64,000 nucleotides of DNA from Abditibacteriota bacterium (GTDB taxonomy: Bacteria; Armatimonadota; UBA5829): NCBI GenBank assembly GCA_942493375.1, contig OW818698.1:3928946-3992945 (forward strand). The letters are read 5' to 3'. Below are positions 36,457-46,851 of the stretch, piece by piece. The stretch's first letter is position 1; each line of letters opens with the position of its first letter. The notes under the pieces were generated by a model that worked only from the letters and a program-made list of their open reading frames with translations, did no database searches and was not told where the DNA came from. A program made the translations under genes and the position numbers.

Positions 36457-37971
36457 ATGAAAGATGGTTTGATACAGGATTGGAGCAGCGAACACGAGGA
36501 CTTCCTTAGGGATGAATCCCGTCGAATCGGTGAAGCACAGTCGATATCTTTTCCGACATGCGAAGAGGACGTTTGTGAGGTTGTTCGCAGTATTAATATG
36601 ACTGGTGGCAGCATAACAACACAGGGTGCACGAACAGGAATCGTTGCGGGTGCGGTGCCTCAGGGAGGTCATGTGCTCAATCTGAGTCGCATGAAACATA
36701 TAGAGGACTTCCACTCCGACAATTCAGGCAAACAGGTCGTCACGGTCCAGCCAGGTGCGTTATTGGACGAGATACGTGATGCTGTGAGCGCCCAATCCGC
36801 ATTCTTTCCGCCTGACCCAACTGAAACTTCCGCTGCAATTGGTGGAATGGTTGCTTCAAATGCCTCTGGAGCAATGTCTTTCCATTACGGCCCAACACGC
36901 AATTGGGTGATTTCAATGCGTGTTGTTCTGGGAGATGGGGATATAATCAGCCTTAAACGCGGAGAAATTTTCGCCGATGGCAGAAAATTTTCAGTGACCA
37001 CTGAATCCGGTAGAGTAATATCCGGTGTGCTGCCTACCTATAATGTCCCGGCAGTCAAATCAGCAGCAGGATATTATGTTGCTGATAATATGGACTTAAT
37101 AGATTTATTCATCGGGATGGAAGGCACCCTGGGTATTGTAACCGAGATCAATCTCAGCTTGATTGATAAGCCTGCTGCACTCTGTGGACTTACGGTTTTT
37201 CTGCCTGATGAAGCATCGGCTCTGCAATTAGTCCGTGTTTTACGTTGTGAGAATGCTGACCAGGATTTACAGACAAGACCGGTAGCCATTGAATTATTCA
37301 ACTCGGAGGCACTTAATTTGCTCCGCAGTGCAAAAGAGAAGTATTCGGCATTCAGCAAAATACCTGCCCTGAAACCGCACTACCATACAGCTATATACAC
37401 TGAGTTTCATGGCGAAAGCGACGATGAACTGGAAGAGATAGCAATGCAGGTCATGGAAGCTGCGATGGAACTCGGTGGCAGCGACGAAGATACATGGTAT
37501 GCAACCAATGACCACGAGCTTGAACCCCAAAAAGCATTCAGGCACGCTATTCCGGAAGCAGTTAATCTGCTTATTGATGAGCGTCGGAGAATTGACCCGG
37601 AAATCACTAAACTGGGCACAGATATGTCTGTTCCTGATGAGCAACTTGAATATGTAGTGGATATGTATAACCGGGGCCTGGCGGAGTCAGGATTAGAATC
37701 CGTCATATTCGGTCATGTGGGTAATAATCATCTGCATGTAAATATCCTTCCGAACACCCAGGATGAGTATGCAAAAGGCAAGGCTCTTTACATGTCCTGG
37801 GCAAAAGAAGTTGTTTCTGTCGGAGGTTCTGTCTCTGCTGAACATGGAATTGGTAAACTCAAAACAGCATTTCTTGAGATGATGTATGGTCAGAAAGCAA
37901 TTGAAGAGATGCGTGCGCTAAAGGTGCTCTTTGATCCGAACGGAATACTAAATCCGGGAAATCTGTTTTAG
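36457..37971 (+). CDS. FAD-linked oxidase (GlcD / D-lactate dehydrogenase-like; FAD_binding_4 + FAD-oxidase_C)
   Basis: 'ITTQGARTGIVAGAVPQGGHVLNLSRM' (FAD-binding PCMH). C-terminal 'HVGNNHLHVNIL' and 'EHGIGKLK' motifs. ATG at 36457. Confidence 0.7.
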   Translation: MKDGLIQDWSSEHEDFLRDESRRIGEAQSISFPTCEEDVCEVVRSINMTGGSITTQGARTGIVAGAVPQGGHVLNLSRMKHIEDFHSDNSGKQVVTVQPGALLDEIRDAVSAQSAFFPPDPTETSAAIGGMVASNASGAMSFHYGPTRNWVISMRVVLGDGDIISLKRGEIFADGRKFSVTTESGRVISGVLPTYNVPAVKSAAGYYVADNMDLIDLFIGMEGTLGIVTEINLSLIDKPAALCGLTVFLPDEASALQLVRVLRCENADQDLQTRPVAIELFNSEALNLLRSAKEKYSAFSKIPALKPHYHTAIYTEFHGESDDELEEIAMQVMEAAMELGGSDEDTWYATNDHELEPQKAFRHAIPEAVNLLIDERRRIDPEITKLGTDMSVPDEQLEYVVDMYNRGLAESGLESVIFGHVGNNHLHVNILPNTQDEYAKGKALYMSWAKEVVSVGGSVSAEHGIGKLKTAFLEMMYGQKAIEEMRALKVLFDPNGILNPGNLF

Positions 37972-38055
37972 TCACATATCTCTGACAATCTTAAGGTATA
38001 ATGCAAAGGTGCTTATCGAATAACGATATAGGCTACATACTTCGGAGGTTTTTTA

Positions 38056-41000
38056 ATGCAGTGTAAATTGATGATACTTCCTGTTCTGCTGGTCTTGCTT
38101 ATGTTTTCTTCAAATGCCAGAGCAGCATCTATACCGATTGATGATTTCGGTAGTGTGCAGGGTTGGGTATCCAACGAGGATGGTGGAGGGATTGGTATCT
38201 CTCAGGGCAGGATTGCAGGTCCGAATGGTGAAAAGACTCTGCAACTAGATTACAGTTTGAATGATTTTCCTTGGGGAAATGCAAAGCATACAACCACCTT
38301 GCCTCCGAATGCGACTGGTGTCGAGTTTGATGTGTATGTAAATGCTTCAGGTGAGTCATCAGCTATGCATGTATGGATTTTTGAAGCTGATGGAGATGGA
38401 TATGTTTCAAAGGTTCAGCCCGAGGCGACTTTGAATAACCTTACAAAAGGCTGGCACCACTGCTTTGTGCCTATTGGATCATTCAACTATGACCCCCGGG
38501 GGAACGGAAAAAGGCAACTCCTCACTATTGACCGGATAATGCTCGGGTTGAACTATGCCAATACCACGGTTACAATTGCAAACCTTGCATATAGAATTGC
38601 AAGCGACGGTCCGAGAATGCCAGAACCCAAGACGGTGAATCTCATGATTAAAAAATCCAGCAGAGGCAATATTGCTGTTTTTAATGCGAATGTCGAGAAA
38701 TCAGCTGGTTATGCAGATCCTGATGTGCTTGCCGGTGTTTTGACAAAGGCAGGTTTCGGCGTAACCCTCCTGGCGTCAGGCGATGTATCTGATCCTTCTG
38801 TGCTGACAAAAACAAACTTTGACTGTGTGGTATTCCCATATGGTCCAAATTATCCATATGCAGCAGTGGATTCCATAAGGGCTTATTTGAAGTCAGGTGG
38901 AAGCTTTGTGTCAATGGGCGGGTATGCGTTCGACAAACCTATTGCTCTGGGTGAATCAGGGAAATATGTCGGTGTTGAATCGACGATGACTGCTAAAGAC
39001 ATAGAGAAGCAGGGAACTGCAACCAAATGGATGAATACACGCATTGGGACATATGGTGACACCATGGGTCTTAACCCGGATCAGATAGGCGTCTTTGATC
39101 CCTGCTATCCTCTTGATTATGTGACTAATTATCGTGCCGGACAGTCTCAGTTTATTATTCCTGCTGCTGTCAAAGGTGAAGCTTCTCTGAAAGGCTTTTC
39201 AGCATGTTCGCTGCTCGGAAGCGATAGCCCTGTCTTCCCGGAGAAATGGGGACGCCATATTCCGTTGATCAAGGGCTTTGATCGGAATGGCAGGTATAGG
39301 GGAGACGTGGGATCAATTGCGCATAACTATGCAGGACCATATGCAGGTTCTAGCTGGGCATTCTTTGGAATCACAAATGAGAACTTGTTTGCAGAGAATG
39401 GACAGATGATTTCGCAACTGCCTGCCATTGTCGATTCTGTCATCCATAAAGTCTATCTGCACAGTTTGAAGACTGATGTAGCTTGTTACAAGAACGGCGA
39501 AAAAGTTAAGGTGTCGTGCAGTGTTGTTGGTCTTGGTAAAGGTGATTCGAACACCTCTTTGGTATTCCACATATACAACCGCAGCGGTAAGGTTGTATTC
39601 ACATCCAAAGCCAAGACATTTACCATGAAACCCGACTCTATTCAAGCAACCAATAGCGAGTTTGCTCCCAAGGTATTCACTAGTGACCTTTATCGTGTAA
39701 CAGCAACTCTCCTGGTTGGCAATAAGACGATTGATACGATGGAAACAGGATTTGCTGCATATGATAAGAAAGTATCAGCAGCCGGTTTTGATCTCAAATA
39801 TAAGGATAACTACTTCAATGATAAAGATCGTCCGATCCTGCTGACAGGCACTAACCAGACTGGTATGGTGTTCTATTCCGGTACTGAAAATCCATTGGTT
39901 TGGGATAGAGACCTCAGAAAGATGCGTGAGAGCGGTGTAAATGTTATGAGAGTGTTGCACTTCTCACCATTTATGCACGATGATCCGAACAAAGGCGTAC
40001 AGCCCATAGAGTTGGATATTAAGAAGATGCCTCTGAAAATAGAGAGACAACTCGATGCAATGGTCCAGCTCTGTCAGAAAAATAAAGTAATCTTGTTCCT
40101 AAGCATTCACGACTGGATGAGGCAGGATCTTACTGATAAAGAACTTACTGCACAGAAAAACTTTGCAAACCTTATCTCTGCACGCTACAAAGGCGTACCG
40201 GGCATAATGATTGATATCCAAAATGAACCCATGATCGATATCCGGAGTAAAGCAAAAAGTGATGAGATCCCGGATGTCTTGAGAGACTGGAACAATTATC
40301 TCAAAGATAAGTACAAAACTGATGAAGCACTTAAAGCCGCGTGGAAAGTGACTCCTCCGGAATCTACTCTGGGTTCTGTTCCATACAGTGCCGGAACAGA
40401 TTCCTGGGATGATGTGAGATCATTTGATGCTGAGTATTTCCGTCAGGTTCTGCTGAACAAGTGGCTCAAGGCTAATGCTAATGGATCAAGAAGCGCCGAT
40501 CCGGATCGGATTGTCAGTGTTGGTTTTCTGCCGGAGTATTGGGCAGCAAATAAGCTCTCTAATATGGAAAATGTCGACTTTGCTAATATGCATAGCTATA
40601 GCAGTATTGATATGCTGCGAGCAGATATAAAGCTGTTCGATCGAAGATTCGAAGGTAAGTCGATAAGTATTGGAGAGTTTGGTGCAATGTCCGACCATGA
40701 TCGGCGTGCTAACGGTCAATTTAGCGCTAAGCTGGATTACAACCGATATTTGCAGGTGGGACATTATCTGTTTGGTATAGGTGGTTCGCTTATTGCGAAC
40801 TGGGACTGGAAGGAAATGGACGATGCCGTATTCCCCTGGGGTATCAACTATCAAAACAACGGTCCAGCGAAAACCCTGGGCCTTGCATATCGCAACCAAA
40901 GCCTCCTGATGAGACAGATCAGACCTGAATATAAACCATCAAAAGTGTTCTTTGTTGTTCCACTGGATCAGATGATGGGTGGAAAACGTGGCAACGTGTT

Positions 41001-41985
41001 ATCACTGCTCTTTAGAACCATCAACAGATTGTATTCTATCTATCCTGACTTTGGGGTTATAGACGACAAAAACCTTGATAAGCTTCCTGCATCTGTAGAA
41101 GCGTTGATATACCCTATTCCATATTCAATTCCGGACCAGACATACCAGAAGCTTAAGACATTCGTCCAGGGTGGTGGCAGGCTGTATGTTAGTGGTGATG
41201 TCAGTTATGATTCACTCAGACAACGGACTCAGACTAATAGACTGGAAGAACTCTGTGGGGTAAACTTTATCTCTGAGAATTATCCTGCCGGCAGTTGGGC
41301 AGATGACACCAAGCCAGAGATAAATGTGGGATCGACCACTGCCAGGATCGCCGGTAATATTTTCCTGAACAACCTGGGTAAAGGGGAAGTCCATTTCAGT
41401 CCTGCACCTTTCAATGCATCGTTGTTGGAACTGGAAGCAAATAAATCACCACAACCAGCTATATCCAATGGTTGTCATGTGATGTATGTTTCGGAGTCCA
41501 ATGGTGGCGGCACATTCTTTGCTGTGAATCCTGAAAACACATCAAAGAGCATTATAGTAACCTCTCCCGGAACTAGTGTTGAGATTATTATAGAGGGCGG
41601 GAAAACCGGCTTGGTAAGATTCGGCAAGTCCGGCAAGCTGCTGGCTGTTGAGTCACAAGGATTGGTTAAGGTAAACGGAACTGAAGCATTCGATATCAGA
41701 GGCCATTTTGCAGTATCTTCGCTGGATGGTAAAGACCTGAGGGAGTCCATGGAGTTACTGGTCCTGCCGTTTGGCCCGGGGGAACTAAGGCTGCCTTCCC
41801 GTATGGCTAAATTGGATGTACAAAGATGCGAGATAGTTAATGGCAAGTGGCAGAAGCTCGGGAGCATAAGTCGCGGTGTGGTCAATGTCTCCGAAGCGAC
41901 AGATTTCGACCTCCATATAGTCGGCTCCAAAGCCCGGATTCCTGAACTGGGCAAGCAAGTAGCTGCAGAGATGCTGCTTAAATAA
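38056..41985 (+). CDS. Secreted multidomain glycoside hydrolase (TIM-barrel with NEP catalytic motif, GH5/GH42-like core)
   Basis: Signal peptide. 'GVNVMRVLHFSPF', 'IDIQNEPM' (acid/base NEP motif), 'ANMHSY'. 1309 aa with N- and C-terminal beta-rich accessory domains. Confidence 0.5.
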   Translation: MQCKLMILPVLLVLLMFSSNARAASIPIDDFGSVQGWVSNEDGGGIGISQGRIAGPNGEKTLQLDYSLNDFPWGNAKHTTTLPPNATGVEFDVYVNASGESSAMHVWIFEADGDGYVSKVQPEATLNNLTKGWHHCFVPIGSFNYDPRGNGKRQLLTIDRIMLGLNYANTTVTIANLAYRIASDGPRMPEPKTVNLMIKKSSRGNIAVFNANVEKSAGYADPDVLAGVLTKAGFGVTLLASGDVSDPSVLTKTNFDCVVFPYGPNYPYAAVDSIRAYLKSGGSFVSMGGYAFDKPIALGESGKYVGVESTMTAKDIEKQGTATKWMNTRIGTYGDTMGLNPDQIGVFDPCYPLDYVTNYRAGQSQFIIPAAVKGEASLKGFSACSLLGSDSPVFPEKWGRHIPLIKGFDRNGRYRGDVGSIAHNYAGPYAGSSWAFFGITNENLFAENGQMISQLPAIVDSVIHKVYLHSLKTDVACYKNGEKVKVSCSVVGLGKGDSNTSLVFHIYNRSGKVVFTSKAKTFTMKPDSIQATNSEFAPKVFTSDLYRVTATLLVGNKTIDTMETGFAAYDKKVSAAGFDLKYKDNYFNDKDRPILLTGTNQTGMVFYSGTENPLVWDRDLRKMRESGVNVMRVLHFSPFMHDDPNKGVQPIELDIKKMPLKIERQLDAMVQLCQKNKVILFLSIHDWMRQDLTDKELTAQKNFANLISARYKGVPGIMIDIQNEPMIDIRSKAKSDEIPDVLRDWNNYLKDKYKTDEALKAAWKVTPPESTLGSVPYSAGTDSWDDVRSFDAEYFRQVLLNKWLKANANGSRSADPDRIVSVGFLPEYWAANKLSNMENVDFANMHSYSSIDMLRADIKLFDRRFEGKSISIGEFGAMSDHDRRANGQFSAKLDYNRYLQVGHYLFGIGGSLIANWDWKEMDDAVFPWGINYQNNGPAKTLGLAYRNQSLLMRQIRPEYKPSKVFFVVPLDQMMGGKRGNVLSLLFRTINRLYSIYPDFGVIDDKNLDKLPASVEALIYPIPYSIPDQTYQKLKTFVQGGGRLYVSGDVSYDSLRQRTQTNRLEELCGVNFISENYPAGSWADDTKPEINVGSTTARIAGNIFLNNLGKGEVHFSPAPFNASLLELEANKSPQPAISNGCHVMYVSESNGGGTFFAVNPENTSKSIIVTSPGTSVEIIIEGGKTGLVRFGKSGKLLAVESQGLVKVNGTEAFDIRGHFAVSSLDGKDLRESMELLVLPFGPGELRLPSRMAKLDVQRCEIVNGKWQKLGSISRGVVNVSEATDFDLHIVGSKARIPELGKQVAAEMLLK

Positions 41986-41993
41986 AGAAAAAG

Positions 41994-42070
41994 TTGTGAT
42001 GCAGGCTTCCAGCTTGATTAGGCTCTTGAAAAAGAGCAGGCTGGAAGCCTGCATCACAATTCACTTTTTC
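41994..42070 (+). terminator. Long hairpin terminator after the GH gene
   Basis: TTGTGATGCAGGCTTCCAGC (41994-42013) pairs with GCTGGAAGCCTGCATCACAA (42040-42059). The loop contains the mini-hairpin CTCTT-gaaa-AAGAG. TTCACTTTTTCC follows. Confidence 0.65.
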
Positions 42071-42085
42071 CATTGAGGTAACCAA

Positions 42086-43207
42086 GTGATAATAAATCGT
42101 CGGATAGTTGTGCCTGTTTATCTTCTACTTCTGTTGCTTGTATCCTGCACTTCCATGGCCCAATCTGGAGAATTGTCTCTGGAAAAGGCTATTGCTGCGG
42201 GAGGCAGTGATGTCCGGCTCGCAGCCGGTACTTATACAGTTGGTCCTGCTGCAATTGTGCTCAAACCGGGGATACATATCCAGGGAATTTCGGGTGCCAC
42301 TGTTATAAAGCCAGTAAAGGGAACCAGTAATGTTCTCGTTTTAGGAGCTGATAATAAGCTTTGTGGATTGACAATACAGGGAAACGATATTACAACAGGT
42401 GGAGTTGGTGATGGGGTAGTATTGCTGCCCTGGAATTCCGACAGGTGTTTTATTTCTGATGTGAGATTTATTGATTGCGACCGAGCGTGCATTGTCACTG
42501 ACCATGCGAATGAACTGCGTGTAGAGAATTGCAGGTTCCAGAACGTGGGACTTGCTGTATCACTCCAGTTCAGTCGAAGAGCGTGGATTCTTAATAATTA
42601 TGTAGATAAATGCCGTGTTCATGCTATTCAGTTCTGGGGCAATTGGGAATTTAAGAGAAAGGATTCGAGTGATCTGGTTATATCAGGAAACCAGGTCAAG
42701 GATGGAGGCGGCGCTGCAATATGGGGGACTGGTGCTGTGCAGGTTGCGGTGACTGGGAACATTGTGGATGGAGCGGATGATGTGGGGATTGATCTGGAAT
42801 GGTGCGATGAAGCTACGATTACAGGTAACGTTGTGCGCAACTGTGAGAATGCTGGAATCAGCCTTTTCTTTTCATGCCATAGAGTAACAATATCCGGAAA
42901 TACTGTCCGAAATGATAGAAATTACAAAACCCCTCCTGGTGATTGGTGGGTCAGGTCAGGAATCTGGCTCACGTACCCCAACAAGGAAACATTCAAAAAT
43001 GATGATGGTCACAGGGATATTAATATCACTGGCAATAATATCTGGTGTGATAAGGGTACAGGAAGAAGATCTATGTGGATCGGTGGTGAAAGCCGGAATG
43101 TGCGTATAAGCGGAAACCTGATAACTGGTGGTGATATCTGGTCAGGCGGAGGGCATAAATCCAAATCCCCACTAAAGAAACTAGCCCTGGACTCATTTCT
43201 TAAATAG
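42086..43207 (+). CDS. Right-handed parallel beta-helix repeat lipoprotein (pectate-lyase-fold)
   Basis: Lipobox 'LLLLLVSC'. Repeated PbH1-like units ('NCRFQNVGLAVSL', 'ISGNQVKDGGGAAIWGTG', 'ITGNVVRNCENAGISL', 'ISGNTVRND', 'ITGNNIWCDKG', 'ISGNLITGG'). Confidence 0.6.
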   Translation: MIINRRIVVPVYLLLLLLVSCTSMAQSGELSLEKAIAAGGSDVRLAAGTYTVGPAAIVLKPGIHIQGISGATVIKPVKGTSNVLVLGADNKLCGLTIQGNDITTGGVGDGVVLLPWNSDRCFISDVRFIDCDRACIVTDHANELRVENCRFQNVGLAVSLQFSRRAWILNNYVDKCRVHAIQFWGNWEFKRKDSSDLVISGNQVKDGGGAAIWGTGAVQVAVTGNIVDGADDVGIDLEWCDEATITGNVVRNCENAGISLFFSCHRVTISGNTVRNDRNYKTPPGDWWVRSGIWLTYPNKETFKNDDGHRDINITGNNIWCDKGTGRRSMWIGGESRNVRISGNLITGGDIWSGGGHKSKSPLKKLALDSFLK

Positions 43208-43317
43208 AGACAAAAATCCTTAATCTGTGAAAATCTGCGATGTAATTACAATGTTTGCAGATACTGCGGTTTGAATGCTAACATGGTTATGGTGAACTGC
43301 GTGTGATTGCGAGTTTA

Positions 43318-43349
43318 CGCGCTCGGGCTCCGGCTACGGGCGCGTTTTT
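43318..43349 (+). terminator. GC-rich hairpin + TTTTT intrinsic terminator
   Basis: CGCGCTCG...CGGGCGCG stem followed by TTTTTG at 43345-43350. Confidence 0.5.
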
Positions 43350-43364
43350 GTGTTTGGGGGAAAT

Positions 43365-45173
43365 ATGCAAAAAGATTCTAAAGGTGTTGATAACACCGAA
43401 AATATACAAAGTAAGAAAGTGGTGCTCTCCGGTAATGAAGCGATAGCTTTTGGAGCCTGGGCTGGTGGAGTGGATGTGGTCTCTTCATATCCGGGAACAC
43501 CAAGCACTGAAATAACAGAGTACGTATCCCGATTCAAAGACGATATATACTGCGAATGGGCTGTAAACGAAAAAGTTGCAATGGAAGTCTCCATCGGAGC
43601 TTCATTTGCAGGTGCTCGGACATTCACTGCAATGAAGCATGTTGGGCTCAACGTTGCATTGGATCCGCTCATGACTTTTGCGTATCTAGGTGCATTGGGT
43701 GGCATGGTAGTTGTCTCGGCTGATGATCCCGGTATGCACAGCTCTCAGAATGAGCAGGACAACCGCCTGTTGGCTAAGTTTGCCAAGATCCCGATGCTGG
43801 AACCGTCGGATAGTCAGGACTGCTACGATATGATGCAGATTGCTCTGGATATATCCGAACAGTTCACTACTCCGGTTATGTTCCGGACAACTACACGTGT
43901 GTCTCACTCATCGGGTATAGTTGATCTTGGAGCATTTGAACGCAAGCCTAGAAGCGATAAGAAATACCATAAAGATATTCAACGGACACTACCGGTCCCA
44001 ATGTATGCCCGGAAGATGAGAGTCAAATTGGAAGAGCGTCTGGCTAGTCTGTCAGAATATTCCGAAGCTTCTCCTTTGCAGGTATGGGAGAGAGGCAATG
44101 AAATAGGGATCATAACTTCGGGTATTTCCTATGAATATGTCAAAGAAACATTCCCGAATGCATCAGTTCTTAAGCTCGGAATGACATTCCCACTGCCTTT
44201 TGATCTGATCCGCAAGTTCGCGGAGTCAGTTGATAAACTTTATGTTGTTGAAGAGGGTGAAGAATACATCGAAGAGCAGATTCTGGCAAAAGGGATCAAG
44301 CTTGAAACATTCCCTACCAGTCTGAAAATAGGTGAACTCAATCCTGACAGGCTGGAGACAGCTTCCTGTGAGGTAACCGGACGCTGCGTTGTTCCTCCGC
44401 TGGATGCCATAGAGGGCCTACCGACCAGGCCTCCTGTTCTGTGCCCTGGTTGCTCTCATAGAGGTGTCTTCTATGCATTGAACAGGCTCAAAGCGTTAGT
44501 GACTGGTGATATTGGTTGCTACACACTTGGAGCATTTCCTCCATTGGATGCGATGGATACAACTGTATGTATGGGTGCCAGTGTAGGTAATGCGCACGGT
44601 TTGCAGAAAGCCGGGCAGCAGGGACGGGTGGCAGCAGTCCTTGGTGACAGCACATTTTTCCACTCAGGGATCACCGGACTTCTCAATATTGTCTACAACA
44701 AAGGCACCAGCACAGTTGTTGTTCTGGACAACCGTATAACAGCAATGACCGGTCATCAGGATAACCCGGGAACGGGTAAGACTCTGATGGGTGAACAGTC
44801 GGATGAAGTTACGGTTGAACAGGTAGCCAAAGGTATCGGGGTCAAGAGAGTCAGGATTGTGGACTCATATGACCTTGAGGAGACCTACAGTGTCCTGAAA
44901 GAGGAACTGGACTCCCCCGAACCTTCAGTGGTCGTATGCAAGCGTCCGTGCGTCCTGGGGGCAAAGATCAAGACAGGCCGACAGTTCTGCGTAGACCTGG
45001 AAAAATGTAAAGCCTGCGGAGCATGTCTGAAGCTGGGGTGCCCATCAATAGAAGCTCTGGATCCTGAACCCGATAATCCCAAACGCCGAAAGACCAGAAT
45101 TAACCCGGTGCTTTGTGTTGGATGCAGGATGTGTGAGCAGGTCTGCAAGTTTGGGGCAATCAAGGAGAGTTAA
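43365..45173 (+). CDS. iorA: Indolepyruvate:ferredoxin oxidoreductase alpha subunit
   Basis: ~600 aa TPP-dependent 2-oxoacid:ferredoxin oxidoreductase, with C-terminal 4Fe-4S ferredoxin motifs 'CKACGAC' and 'CVGCRMCEQVC'. ATG at 43365. Confidence 0.8.
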   Translation: MQKDSKGVDNTENIQSKKVVLSGNEAIAFGAWAGGVDVVSSYPGTPSTEITEYVSRFKDDIYCEWAVNEKVAMEVSIGASFAGARTFTAMKHVGLNVALDPLMTFAYLGALGGMVVVSADDPGMHSSQNEQDNRLLAKFAKIPMLEPSDSQDCYDMMQIALDISEQFTTPVMFRTTTRVSHSSGIVDLGAFERKPRSDKKYHKDIQRTLPVPMYARKMRVKLEERLASLSEYSEASPLQVWERGNEIGIITSGISYEYVKETFPNASVLKLGMTFPLPFDLIRKFAESVDKLYVVEEGEEYIEEQILAKGIKLETFPTSLKIGELNPDRLETASCEVTGRCVVPPLDAIEGLPTRPPVLCPGCSHRGVFYALNRLKALVTGDIGCYTLGAFPPLDAMDTTVCMGASVGNAHGLQKAGQQGRVAAVLGDSTFFHSGITGLLNIVYNKGTSTVVVLDNRITAMTGHQDNPGTGKTLMGEQSDEVTVEQVAKGIGVKRVRIVDSYDLEETYSVLKEELDSPEPSVVVCKRPCVLGAKIKTGRQFCVDLEKCKACGACLKLGCPSIEALDPEPDNPKRRKTRINPVLCVGCRMCEQVCKFGAIKES

Positions 45174-45764
45174 ATGGAAAAAATACTTAACATATCGCTG
45201 GTAGGAGTAGGTGGGCAGGGAACTCTGCTTGCCAGTGAAATATTATGTCGGGTTGCCTTGCTCTCCGGCAATGACGTCAAAAAGAGTGAAGTGCATGGAA
45301 TGGCTCAGCGCGGCGGGAGTGTAGTAAGCCAGGTCCGCATCGGTCCTAAGGTCTACTCACCAATAATCGCTGAAGGGCAGACTGACTTCTTAGTTGCATT
45401 TGAGAAGGTAGAGGCACTAAGGTATGCTCATCTTCTGAGTGCGAATGGAACTGCACTGGTAAATGATCAAGAGATCCGACCTGTTACAGTCTCCAGCGGT
45501 CTCTCCCAGTGGCCGGAAGGTCTCGATGCACGCCTGGCAGAGACATTCCCCAGACTGGAACTCTTCCCAGCTCTCAGAATGGCCCAGGAACTCGGAAACG
45601 TCCGGGTTATGAATGTATGCATGATGGGGGCTCTATCGAAGTTCTCAGCAATTGAAGAATCCATCTGGCTGGAAGCAATCAAAGAACTGGTACCCCCGAA
45701 GGTTATCAACATTAACCTTCTTGCCTTCGAATCCGGTAAAGCGGCTTGCTGCACTGTTGGCTGA
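45174..45764 (+). CDS. iorB: Indolepyruvate:ferredoxin oxidoreductase beta subunit
   Basis: 196 aa POR-gamma-like domain ('ISLVGVGGQGTLLASEIL'). Its start abuts the iorA stop. Confidence 0.8.
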   Translation: MEKILNISLVGVGGQGTLLASEILCRVALLSGNDVKKSEVHGMAQRGGSVVSQVRIGPKVYSPIIAEGQTDFLVAFEKVEALRYAHLLSANGTALVNDQEIRPVTVSSGLSQWPEGLDARLAETFPRLELFPALRMAQELGNVRVMNVCMMGALSKFSAIEESIWLEAIKELVPPKVININLLAFESGKAACCTVG

Positions 45765-45787
45765 ATAAGTCAGACTATAAATACGTA

Positions 45788-45828
45788 ATGTGTGCAATTA
45801 TGCATTTGAAATGCATAATTGCACACAT
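45788..45828. repeat. Perfect 41-bp palindrome between convergent iorB and the E1-beta gene
   Basis: ATGTGTGCAATTATGCATTT-G-AAATGCATAATTGCACACAT has 20-bp arms and no mismatch. AT-rich. Likely a bidirectional terminator or a dimeric-regulator operator. Confidence 0.7.
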
Positions 45829-45858
45829 CATCCGAAATCCCCAAGCATTTATTATGGG

Positions 45859-46845
45859 CTAGATATTCATCACTGTTTTGACAGTCTCTATGATCTGAGC
45901 TTTATTGGGTAAGGCTGAGAGTTCCAGTTCACCGGAGTAGGGCATTGGCACATCGGCCTGGGTTACTCGCATTACCGGGGCATCCAGATGATCAAATGCG
46001 TGTTCCTGGATGGTTGCTGCTATCTGTGCGCCTATTCCATACCACGGCCAGTCTTCTTCAACAACCACTGCATGGTGAGTCTTCTTTACTGACTCAATTA
46101 TCGCGTCTACATCGAGTGGACGTAGTGATCTAAGGTCTATTATCTCCGGACTGATTCCATCTTTTTCAAGTTGCGCAGCAGCACTCAGGCAGTCAGTTAC
46201 CATTTTAGAATACGATATTAGAGTGATATCTTTACCCTGGTGCTTAATATCGGCTTTGCCTATAGGTATTGTGTAGTCGGTTTCAGGAACTTCTCCCTTT
46301 GTTGCATAGAGCAGCTCATGTTCCATAAATATTACGGGATTATCGTCGCGGATAGCGCTTTTAAGGAGTCCTTTGGCATCATAGGGATTGCCTACTGATA
46401 CAACTTTTAAACCCGGGATATAGGCAAACCACGATTCAAAACTCTGTGAATGCTGAGCTCCCAGCTGCATTCCAGCTCCCCCCGGCATTCTAATGACCAT
46501 TGGAACTTTTATCTGACCATTCGACATATAACGGAGCTTTGCTGCGTGGTTGACGATCTGGTCGATAGCCAATAGCGAGAAATTTACAGTCATCAATTCG
46601 ACTACTGGTCTCAGACCAAGCATCGCAGAACCCACACCTACTCCAACCACAACTTCCTCAGCGATAGGTGTATCCTTTACTCTATCTGCACCAAATTCGT
46701 AGAGTAGTCCTTCCGTTACGCGATATGCTCCCTGATATTTTGCAACATCCTCACCTATCACGAAGACATTCTTATCACGTCTCATTTCTTCTTTCAGTGC
46801 CTGGTTTAGAGCCTGTTTGTACGTGATAATAGCCATAGCGTTCAC
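45859..46845 (-). CDS. 2-oxoacid (pyruvate/acetoin-type) dehydrogenase E1 component beta subunit
   Basis: Transketolase-like pyrimidine-binding and C-terminal domains ('VFVIGEDVAKYQGAYRVTEGL', 'RMPGGAG'). Paired with the alpha subunit upstream. Confidence 0.8.
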   Translation of the reverse strand: MNAMAIITYKQALNQALKEEMRRDKNVFVIGEDVAKYQGAYRVTEGLLYEFGADRVKDTPIAEEVVVGVGVGSAMLGLRPVVELMTVNFSLLAIDQIVNHAAKLRYMSNGQIKVPMVIRMPGGAGMQLGAQHSQSFESWFAYIPGLKVVSVGNPYDAKGLLKSAIRDDNPVIFMEHELLYATKGEVPETDYTIPIGKADIKHQGKDITLISYSKMVTDCLSAAAQLEKDGISPEIIDLRSLRPLDVDAIIESVKKTHHAVVVEEDWPWYGIGAQIAATIQEHAFDHLDAPVMRVTQADVPMPYSGELELSALPNKAQIIETVKTVMNI

Positions 46846-46851
46846 CGGCTT

